From contig DAHXLB010000011.1 of assembly GCA_027371855.1 (NCBI GenBank), positions 7,459-71,458 on the forward strand: a stretch of 64,000 nucleotides of DNA, written 5' to 3'. The position numbers were made by a program, and so were the translations under genes. The DNA comes from a bacterium (GTDB lineage Bacteria; Patescibacteriota; Dojkabacteria; JAKAPS01; JAJZLI01). The notes beneath the pieces were generated by a model. The model worked only from the letters and a program-made list of their open reading frames with translations. It was not told the DNA's origin and ran no database searches. This document shows, in pieces, positions 52,776 to 60,688 of this stretch. Position 1 is the stretch's first letter. Each line of letters opens with the position of its first letter.

Positions 52776-53468
52776 ATGATTTTTAAATATAAGAATGATG
52801 TAAACTATGTTCATAAATGTATTATAATGAAGACTAATATGAGAATTAAAAAATATGTTCTTGGTATAACTTTAGTTTTATTTTTGTGTTTCCCCTTATC
52901 TATATATGCTGCATCTAATAATATACCACTAAATACAGTCTCAGTAGGGACATTAGGTGGTGCTGTACATAGTGGAAATGTAACAGTATCATTTCCTTCT
53001 AGTGTATTTCCAGTTAGTGAGAATGTAACTCTTTCTCCTGTAGGGAATAGTTTTTTACCAGAAGCAGTCCCTTATGTAGTAGAATCTTTTAGTATTTCAA
53101 TAGGCTCTGATGGTCCACTAAACAGTAGAGATTTAACATTACCCAGAGAAATACAGGTACAAGTAAATCATATACATGCAGCATATTTATATATATGGGA
53201 CTCAGTAAGAAACAGATGGTTTTCTCTTTCAGGCGTAAACTATAAAAACAGTGAGGTTACAGGATATACATTTATGAGAGGGGGAACATTTATAGCAACC
53301 AGTCAAGAACTATCTTCTTCATTTGCATCAAACACGCCAATATCACAATCTACTAATTCTAATAATGTTCCAATATATGATGGATTTGGGTCAATAATAA
53401 AATATGTCGCCATTGTTGTTGTTATATTTGTAATCCTTGGGTTTTTCTATTATAGAAGAAAAAATTGA
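52776..53468 (+). CDS. secreted/surface protein with C-terminal membrane anchor
   Basis: Signal peptide (ends IYA), beta-rich body, S/N/T linker, TM plus RRKN tail; true start may be 52839. Confidence 0.7.
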   Translation: MIFKYKNDVNYVHKCIIMKTNMRIKKYVLGITLVLFLCFPLSIYAASNNIPLNTVSVGTLGGAVHSGNVTVSFPSSVFPVSENVTLSPVGNSFLPEAVPYVVESFSISIGSDGPLNSRDLTLPREIQVQVNHIHAAYLYIWDSVRNRWFSLSGVNYKNSEVTGYTFMRGGTFIATSQELSSSFASNTPISQSTNSNNVPIYDGFGSIIKYVAIVVVIFVILGFFYYRRKN

Positions 53469-53474
53469 AAAATA

Positions 53475-54140
53475 TTATTTGATTTCTTTAACTCCAATTT
53501 TTGGGCAAATATCTTTTAATATACACATATTACATCTAGGTTTTTTAGCTACACATATCTCTCTCCCATGTGCTATTATAAGATCTGAAAAATGTAGGTA
53601 ATTAGATTTTTCAACAATTTTGTTTAAAACTTGTTCTATCTTATCAGCATTCTTACTATCCATTAAATTTTTTCTTATAAGTCCTAATCTTCCTGATAAT
53701 CTTATCATATGTGTATCAACAACAACTCCTGTGTTTTTAGAAAATGCATTCATCAAAACCACATTTGCAGTCTTTCTTCCTATACCAGGCAATTTTATTA
53801 GTGTATCTATATCTTCAGGTATTTCACCTTTGTATTTATCTACAATATAAGTTGCAAGGTTCTTTATATTTTTTGCTTTATTTTTATAGAACCCCGTAGA
53901 ATATATGTCTTTTTGAAGTTCTTCTATATTTACATTCTTAAAATCTAGAGGAGTTTTATATTTCTCAAATAAATCTTTTGTAACAATATTAACCCTTTTA
54001 TCAGTACATTGAGCAGATAAAATTGTAGCTACTAAAAGTTCAAATGGATTTTTAAAATTTAGCGAAATTTTAGCATTAGGATATAAAACATCCAATTTTT
54101 CTATTATTTTCTTAACATATTCTTTTTTGTTTTTATTCAT
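53475..54140 (-). CDS. nth: endonuclease III
   Basis: LSAQCTD, LPGIGRKTAN, VDTH, C-x6-C-x2-C-x5-C. Confidence 0.96.
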   Translation of the reverse strand: MNKNKKEYVKKIIEKLDVLYPNAKISLNFKNPFELLVATILSAQCTDKRVNIVTKDLFEKYKTPLDFKNVNIEELQKDIYSTGFYKNKAKNIKNLATYIVDKYKGEIPEDIDTLIKLPGIGRKTANVVLMNAFSKNTGVVVDTHMIRLSGRLGLIRKNLMDSKNADKIEQVLNKIVEKSNYLHFSDLIIAHGREICVAKKPRCNMCILKDICPKIGVKEIK

Positions 54141-54385
54141 TTTAATACTCTAGATACAATATATATTATTATTGTTAATATTATAGAGGCTAGTATTGAA
54201 AAGGTTAATGGAAAGTAAAAACTAAAATTTCCTTTTTTAAAGACAAAATTCCCAGGAACGCTGTTCCCAGGAACGCTGTTCCCTGGAACACTGTTCCCTG
54301 GAATATGGTATTTTTCAATGAAATAAAGAACTATACCTACTATGGTTATAAACAATCCTATGATTATAAATATTCTACCGTACAT
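54137..54385 (-). CDS. DUF2905-like small membrane protein
   Basis: PGNF...FSFYFPL...ILASIILT; internal PGNSV repeat. Confidence 0.78.
   Translation of the reverse strand: MYGRIFIIIGLFITIVGIVLYFIEKYHIPGNSVPGNSVPGNSVPGNFVFKKGNFSFYFPLTFSILASIILTIIIYIVSRVLK
54249..54303. repeat. 15-bp tandem repeat x3.7
   Basis: TTCCCWGGAACRCTG units, encoding (PGNSV)n. Confidence 0.95.
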
Positions 54386-54399
54386 ACTCTATTATAACA

Positions 54400-54774
54400 T
54401 TATGCAACAATGAAAATGGATATTAGTAGGATTATAAATACCATTAAAGTTGTGATAGATAATATATAATCTTTATCTTTTAAAAATAGAAAAATAGACA
54501 TCAGTACTCTTATAACTGGAGTCGCTATTAAAATTATAATAGGAATAAATAATAGGCTTAAAAATGAGAGGTGACTGAATGTAGTAGTTATGAATGCAAA
54601 GGTATTTTTGTATGAACCTGTTTGATAATTTATATTACCACTTATAAATATTAAAATAAGATCAATAATAGCCAAAGATACACTTACTATAACTCCTGTT
54701 CTAAGAGTGTACCCTATTATTGTTTCCATATCTTTATTTTGAGACTCTTTTTGATTAGATTTAGATTCATTCAT
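54400..54774 (-). CDS. DUF1634-like membrane protein
   Basis: LRTGV, LIATPVIRV, KDY; coupled to TauE/SafE gene. Confidence 0.8.
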   Translation of the reverse strand: MNESKSNQKESQNKDMETIIGYTLRTGVIVSVSLAIIDLILIFISGNINYQTGSYKNTFAFITTTFSHLSFLSLLFIPIIILIATPVIRVLMSIFLFLKDKDYILSITTLMVFIILLISIFIVA

Positions 54775-55607
54775 AATATATTCATAGCTCTTAAAATCAT
54801 TTCTATTGCTATAACTAATATAACTAATATAAATATTTTCTTTAAATATACATTAGAGGTTTTACCAATTAATTTAGTTCCATAATATGACCCTATAAAA
54901 ACACCAATCATTACTGGTATAGCTATATATGGATTTATGTATCCATTTATAAGGTATATAAATGCACTTGCTGCTGCGGTCACACCTATCATCATATTAG
55001 ATGTTGTAGTAGATACCTTCATTGGGAGTTTCATAACATCATCTAATGCTAAAACTTTAAATACACCACTGCCTATTCCTAACAGCCCAGAGATTAATCC
55101 TGCTATATACATTATTACAAACCCTCCAGGAATATTAGTTACGTTGTAAGTTATTTTTTTATTTTGTAATTTATCGTAATAAGAAGATGATAATTTTAGA
55201 TAATTTGCAATATTGTCATTTTTAACATTTTCATCTAATTCTTTATCCCTATTTTTTAAAAGAGGAAGGAGAGATATAAGAAGGACAAATACAAATATAA
55301 AGAGTAATATTTTAGTATTTAGTATGCCCATAATTTCTGCTCCAGTTATTGCTCCTATTGTAGTAGCAATTTCAAGTAACATCCCTACCTTAATATTTAT
55401 TATTTTATCTTTTAGATAAACTGATGCTGCAGATGAGGATGTTGCTATTACAGATACTATACTTGCTCCAATAGCAATTTTAATATTTATATGGAAGATT
55501 AGAATAAGTATTGGAATTATTACTATTCCGCCACCAATCCCAACTAATGCTCCTATAACTCCTGCAAGGATAGAAAATATGATTATCCCAAAATAAAAAA
55601 GTAACAT
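54771..55607 (-). CDS. sulfite exporter TauE/SafE family
   Basis: GIGGG, SVIATSS, GLLGIGSG, KVSTTTSN. Confidence 0.9.
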   Translation of the reverse strand: MLLFYFGIIIFSILAGVIGALVGIGGGIVIIPILILIFHINIKIAIGASIVSVIATSSSAASVYLKDKIINIKVGMLLEIATTIGAITGAEIMGILNTKILLFIFVFVLLISLLPLLKNRDKELDENVKNDNIANYLKLSSSYYDKLQNKKITYNVTNIPGGFVIMYIAGLISGLLGIGSGVFKVLALDDVMKLPMKVSTTTSNMMIGVTAAASAFIYLINGYINPYIAIPVMIGVFIGSYYGTKLIGKTSNVYLKKIFILVILVIAIEMILRAMNIL

Positions 55608-55675
55608 AATAATATATTAAACATTATCATTCATGATATCAAATTTAAATGATTATGATTAATTATTTTCTTGAT

Positions 55676-56626
55676 TTAGATCCGTGGATCAAGATCCTCT
55701 ATGAAATGCATAGCATCAATTGCGGCTATACAGCCAATACCAGCAGATGATATTGCTTGTTTATATTTAGGATCTGATACATCTCCTGCAGCAAAAACAC
55801 CTTCAATATTTGTTTTTGTAAAATCATGGACTTTTATATATCCATTTGTATCTATGTCTAAAAATTCTTTAAAAATTTCTGTATTTGGGGTATGTCCTAT
55901 TGCTATAAATACACCTTGTACTCTAAGATCAGATTCAGTATTTATTTTATTATTCAAGATCTTTACTCCTTCTACAACACTCTCGCCATAAATATCCTTA
56001 AGTTCAGAGTTAAAAAGTATCTCTATCTTCTCATCTTTAAAAACTCTATCTTGCATTACTTTTGATGCTCTAAATTCATCTCTTCTGTGTACAAGGTATA
56101 TTTTTCTTACAAATTTTGTTAAAAATAAAGCCTCTTCCATGGAACTATCTCCTCCTCCAACTACAACTATATCTTTATCTTTAAAAAATGGTCCGTCACA
56201 AGTAGCACACCCAGAGACTCCCTTGCCCATTAATCTTGTCTCTCCATCAAGGCCTAACCATCTTACAGATGCTCCTGTAGAAATGATTATAGTTTTTGTT
56301 TTAAATTCTTTATCTTCAGTCCAAATAGTAAATGGTTTCTTTGAAAAATCAACTTTTATAACTACGCCCTCTTCAAATCTAACTCCCATATTTTTTGCTT
56401 GTTTTTGCATATTCAACATTAATTCTGGTCCCAATATACCATCCTCAAATCCTGGATAATTTTCAACTAATGATGTTATTGTAAGCTGACCTCCTGGGGT
56501 ACTCCCAGATATCAAAATAGGGTTTAAATCAGATCTAGCTGCATATATGGAGGCAGTTAGTCCTGCAGGCCCAGATCCTAAAATAATAACGTTTTCAATA
56601 TTCATAATTAAGTGTTTTTCTGACAT
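55676..56626 (-). CDS. trxB: thioredoxin reductase
   Basis: GSGPAG, CATCDG, GGGDS, HRRD, AAGDV. Confidence 0.97.
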   Translation of the reverse strand: MSEKHLIMNIENVIILGSGPAGLTASIYAARSDLNPILISGSTPGGQLTITSLVENYPGFEDGILGPELMLNMQKQAKNMGVRFEEGVVIKVDFSKKPFTIWTEDKEFKTKTIIISTGASVRWLGLDGETRLMGKGVSGCATCDGPFFKDKDIVVVGGGDSSMEEALFLTKFVRKIYLVHRRDEFRASKVMQDRVFKDEKIEILFNSELKDIYGESVVEGVKILNNKINTESDLRVQGVFIAIGHTPNTEIFKEFLDIDTNGYIKVHDFTKTNIEGVFAAGDVSDPKYKQAISSAGIGCIAAIDAMHFIEDLDPRI

Positions 56627-56689
56627 ATTTATTCTACCATAATAATCATGTATATCAAAAAAAGTAGTGCTCTTGGACTAATATGTTAG

Positions 56690-56890
56690 TTAATGATACA
56701 TTCATATTTTAATAGTATCTTAATGATAGTGAAAGATATAAAAACTAACAACGCGTTGAAGATAATTATATTGATTAACTAAAAACTAATTTTATCTATA
56801 CAAGACTATGTATATAAAAATGAAGGATATGAAATTACCGAGAATTACAGATATATTAGAAGCAAGAGGGAGCCGGTTTGGGGCTCCCTT
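56690..56890 (+). repeat. copy 1 of ~200-nt duplicated non-coding module, candidate structured RNA
   Basis: 35-nt and 28-nt blocks identical to copy 2; ends in GAGGGAGCC/GGCTCCCTT hairpin. Confidence 0.85.
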
Positions 56891-56894
56891 CCAT

Positions 56895-57006
56895 TTTCTT
56901 ATGATTTCCCCAAAGGTATGGCAGTAAAAACAGAGATATCGTAGTAGAGTCACAAAACAATAAAAAAGTGGTGGAATGGCGTACTAATTGGGGAAGTCAT
57001 AAGAAA
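56895..57006. other. 112-bp element with 19-bp terminal inverted repeats (MITE-like or RNA stem)
   Basis: TTTCTTATGATTTCCCCAA...TTGGGGAAGTCATAAGAAA (18/19), flanked on both sides by CCAT. Confidence 0.7.
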
Positions 57007-57028
57007 CCATGAACTACCAATGCAGTAA

Positions 57029-57225
57029 TTAATGATACATTCATATTTTAATAGTATCTTAATAATAATGAAAGATATAAAAACTAGCTAGTCGTTATCA
57101 AGTAACTAAAAACTAATTTTATCTATACAACTATTATGTATATAAAAATAGAAGATAGAAAATTACGGCGAGAGACAGAGATATATAAAAAGATTTAGGG
57201 AGTCGAATCAGGGCTCTCTTTTATT
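57029..57225 (+). repeat. copy 2 of duplicated module
   Basis: Same blocks as copy 1; ends in AGGGAGTC/GGCTCTCT hairpin plus T-tract. Confidence 0.85.
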
Positions 57226-57226
57226 T
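57197..57226 (+). terminator. intrinsic terminator
   Basis: 8-bp stem with two G-U pairs followed by TTTATTT. Confidence 0.6.
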
Positions 57227-57282
57227 CCTGTGATATAATAATAACATTCAGTAATTGTTATCATTTATAAAATTAGTTAGTT

Positions 57283-58806
57283 ATGAATAGATACATTAAA
57301 TTTTTTCCCTTTTTGTTAACATTTTTATTAAGACTCCCCGCATTTTATGAGCCCCATTGGTATGAAGATACAGGTATGTATTCAGCAATAGGTATGGCTC
57401 TAAATCATGGTGCAGTTTTATATAGCACTGTATTTGATAATAAAACCCCTTTTATATATTACCTATATGCTTTATATGAACGTATTCCGCTATCTTTAAT
57501 TTTTGTTTACCAATCCGTTTCTTTGATCCTTGCTTTGCTTACTCAGTATTTTATTTTTAAAATAGCTCAATTAAAGTTTGGTAATAAAGTAGCAGTTATA
57601 TCATCCCTTCTTTTTGCTTTACTTATAGGGAGTGTTTTTCTAGAAGGAACATTGGCTAATGCTGAGAATTATTATATGTTCTTTTCTATATTATCTATAT
57701 ATATAATTCTGAAGAATGTTCCTGATATAAGTTTTTTAAAATTATATATTGCAGGACTTGTCATAGGTCTTGGATTAATGTTTAAGGTGTCAGTAATATT
57801 TGATGCATTCTTTATTATTGTATATTTCTTTTTTATATTTGATTTTAAAAAATATGTTAAATCATCATTTTTCTATACCTTGGGTTTGTTCACTCCATTG
57901 GTAATTTTTCTAGTTTATGAATTTTTCACAAACAATCTACCGAACACAATATATGCAATATTTTTGTATAATTTAGGATATGTCGCAAAGGCAAAACCTT
58001 TATTTGGTTTATCAATAGTTGATTTTCAGACTATACTTCTTTTCCTGATCCTATTCATATTTTTTGTATTTTATAAAAAAAGATGGATTAAAAGATCTAG
58101 ATCCAAAGATGTAACTCTCTTTATATATTTATGGGTTATTATTGATTTATACAGTGTATATTTATCAGGAAGACCTTATTTTCATTATCTTCTTCAAATA
58201 GCATTACCTCTTTGTATTTTACTAGGATACTATATATATAGAATATATAAAGAAAGGTGGTATAAAAAAATACTTATTGTATTTTTAGTTGGTATATCTA
58301 TATATCTTGGAGAACTATATTTCTTTAGAGGAGAATTATCATGGCAAATTTTCCAGCAGTTACAATTTAAATATGACTATTATCCTAATTCTTATGCATA
58401 TATGATAGGTAAAGAAACAAGTTCTCAATATAATTCTATTTTTATCTATAATACTAATGTTATATATGAGAAAACTGAGCAGAACGCAAATATAGTATAC
58501 CAGATTGCAAATAATCTGGATTCACTAAATGTTAAGGGTAAGAGAATATTTATAATGGGTAATTTTCCTTGGGATTACTATATGACAAAATCTATTCCCA
58601 GTGAGAAGTATGTAGTTGATTTTCAAATAATAGGGGAAAAAAGACAGAATACTGTTCTCTCTGAGCTAAATAAGAATAAGCCATATCTTATACTCTATTA
58701 TAACGATAGCTATGGATTTAATAAACTGACAGCCTTTATAAATAAATACTACAAACTAGCAAAAACCTCCAATGGTGCATATTTTTATATAATTAAAAGT
58801 AAATAG
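57283..58806 (+). CDS. GT-C (ArnT/PMT-like) membrane glycosyltransferase
   Basis: WYEDTGMY, DNKTP, NAE, SGRPYFHY; many TM segments. Confidence 0.75.
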   Translation: MNRYIKFFPFLLTFLLRLPAFYEPHWYEDTGMYSAIGMALNHGAVLYSTVFDNKTPFIYYLYALYERIPLSLIFVYQSVSLILALLTQYFIFKIAQLKFGNKVAVISSLLFALLIGSVFLEGTLANAENYYMFFSILSIYIILKNVPDISFLKLYIAGLVIGLGLMFKVSVIFDAFFIIVYFFFIFDFKKYVKSSFFYTLGLFTPLVIFLVYEFFTNNLPNTIYAIFLYNLGYVAKAKPLFGLSIVDFQTILLFLILFIFFVFYKKRWIKRSRSKDVTLFIYLWVIIDLYSVYLSGRPYFHYLLQIALPLCILLGYYIYRIYKERWYKKILIVFLVGISIYLGELYFFRGELSWQIFQQLQFKYDYYPNSYAYMIGKETSSQYNSIFIYNTNVIYEKTEQNANIVYQIANNLDSLNVKGKRIFIMGNFPWDYYMTKSIPSEKYVVDFQIIGEKRQNTVLSELNKNKPYLILYYNDSYGFNKLTAFINKYYKLAKTSNGAYFYIIKSK

Positions 58807-58842
58807 TCTAAAATTAAGAAGCCTAGACTCAAGAATCTGGAT

Positions 58843-60384
58843 TCAAGGGATCTGTGCAGTTGTAGAATTTAGTGTTGGGTATGTAGGTGTTTGGAAGTTT
58901 ACAATAGGTAAATTATTATTTTGAATATAATCCATTATCAATTGATGAGCCATAGGTCCTGTTTGGAATGCACCTACTGCATTTTGAGACATAAGTGAAT
59001 CGTTTATATTTCCAGCCCATACACCTACTGAAAGTTGAGGGATAAACATATAATCTGTTATATCTCTAGGTCCATTTGATGTCCCATCCTTAGATCCATA
59101 AGGTCTACCTTGAACTGAGTAGTAATAAGTATTAGATCCATATAATGGTTGCTTTAGAACAGTATCGCCTAGTACTGCATCCATCTCTGCTACAGCGTTA
59201 GCATCTAGTATTCTGTTTTTAGGAGGATTAGTGTTATTGAGTATTGTTTGATTGTTGTATACAATTTTAATAAATGGAGTGGATTGAGCATAGTATCCCC
59301 CATTATCTAATGCATTATATGCACCTACCATTCTAACTAAAGGTATTCCTGCAGCACCAAGTACTAGAGGTAATCCAACATATACTTTCGGATCTAACTG
59401 TATACCTTCTTTTATAAGTGTATTAAATCCATTCTGGTATCCTATTCTTGCAAGCATTTTTATTGCCGGAATATTAATTGACTGATTGATTGCCCTATCT
59501 ATTGAAACCCATCCAACTGTATATCCTTCATAATCTGTTGGACAGTAATTTCCATAACATATAGGAGAATCATTAATCATTGTTTGTGGAGAGTATCCCA
59601 TTTCAAATGCTTTAATGTAAATTAATGGTTTCATAGCAGATCCTTGTTGACGTGGAATATCAGCCATATTAAGGTATGCCCCATTGTTTGGCCCTCCAAT
59701 CATAGCAAGAACATATCCATTAGTTGGGTTGTCTGCTACCATAGCTGCAGAATCAGCTCCTATTGGTACATCATATTGTTGAAAGTCACTTGTAACTATT
59801 TGTTGAGCAAGGGTATTCAAGGCTGGATCTACAGTTGTGTAAACTTGTAATCCACCTAAAAGCAGATATTTTTGATAGTTTTGGTATAGTTTATGGATAA
59901 CATATTCTGTAAAATATGGGGTATGAAGAACACTGAAATATGGAGTATTAGTATTTTGATTTGCCAAAGTAATATCACTCTTGGTTATTGCACCTCCGTT
60001 ATATAAAAACTGCATAAAATCATTTTTTGCTTTCATAGCTAAAGATAAAACATCAGGATTTGATGAGTATGGAGGAATATTTTCAAGATGATACAATATA
60101 GAATCACCTGCATATGCTGAAGGATTGGAAACATATTGATATGCTTTCATCTCTGGTCCGTATATTTTACCAATAACTTCATTATTGTTTGCATATATTG
60201 TAGTTGCAGCTTTTGGTTGAGATAAACTTTCTGACGGATTAAATCCATTAAATGGAGTAAATTGTACTGCAGGAACTGTTGCAGTGTTAAAGAGTGTATA
60301 TACAAAACTTGCAAGCAAAAATATTACTGGTACAACTGCGAATTTAATATAAGTTGATTTTAAAATTTTACCCTTCAATTCCAT
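58843..60384 (-). CDS. class A-derived penicillin-binding protein lacking most of the transglycosylase domain
   Basis: GGLQVYTTVD, RQQGSAMKP, SIN, KDGTS. Confidence 0.8.
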   Translation of the reverse strand: MELKGKILKSTYIKFAVVPVIFLLASFVYTLFNTATVPAVQFTPFNGFNPSESLSQPKAATTIYANNNEVIGKIYGPEMKAYQYVSNPSAYAGDSILYHLENIPPYSSNPDVLSLAMKAKNDFMQFLYNGGAITKSDITLANQNTNTPYFSVLHTPYFTEYVIHKLYQNYQKYLLLGGLQVYTTVDPALNTLAQQIVTSDFQQYDVPIGADSAAMVADNPTNGYVLAMIGGPNNGAYLNMADIPRQQGSAMKPLIYIKAFEMGYSPQTMINDSPICYGNYCPTDYEGYTVGWVSIDRAINQSINIPAIKMLARIGYQNGFNTLIKEGIQLDPKVYVGLPLVLGAAGIPLVRMVGAYNALDNGGYYAQSTPFIKIVYNNQTILNNTNPPKNRILDANAVAEMDAVLGDTVLKQPLYGSNTYYYSVQGRPYGSKDGTSNGPRDITDYMFIPQLSVGVWAGNINDSLMSQNAVGAFQTGPMAHQLIMDYIQNNNLPIVNFQTPTYPTLNSTTAQIP

Positions 60385-60388
60385 ATAT

Positions 60389-60688
60389 TTAATTATCTAA
60401 ATCTTGGTCTATATCTAGATCTGAATCTAAATCTACTTTTTCTAGTTCCTTATTTATCAGAGTGATTTTATTCTTTGTATTATTTAAATACTTAACACAT
60501 TCTTTATATAGCTTTGTTCCCTCTTCTATTTTTTTTATTTGATCCTCAATAGTTAATTCATCATTTTCAAGTTCTTGTATTATACTTTCGAATCTTTCAT
60601 ATTTTTTGGAAAAACTGATTCCATCGGATCCAGATCCAGATTCTTCATTATGTGTATTTTGAGTATTACTAGTTTTTTTAGCCATCAT
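60389..60688 (-). CDS. xseB: exodeoxyribonuclease VII small subunit
   Basis: FESIIQELE...EEGTKLYKEC; follows xseA. Confidence 0.85.
   Translation of the reverse strand: MMAKKTSNTQNTHNEESGSGSDGISFSKKYERFESIIQELENDELTIEDQIKKIEEGTKLYKECVKYLNNTKNKITLINKELEKVDLDSDLDIDQDLDN

Noticed and set aside
56960..56985. T-box-like GGTGGAATGGCG
   Set aside because: Poor match to GGTGGNACCGCG, no stem I recognised, and the downstream gene is not amino-acid related
56895..57006. SRP RNA, 6S RNA or retron ncRNA
   Set aside because: No SRP domain IV (CAGG...GGAA...AGCAG) motif, shorter than typical 6S, and no reverse transcriptase nearby
56690..57225. CRISPR array
   Set aside because: Only two copies of the 35-nt block, 339 bp apart, with homology continuing well beyond it; no cas genes in the window
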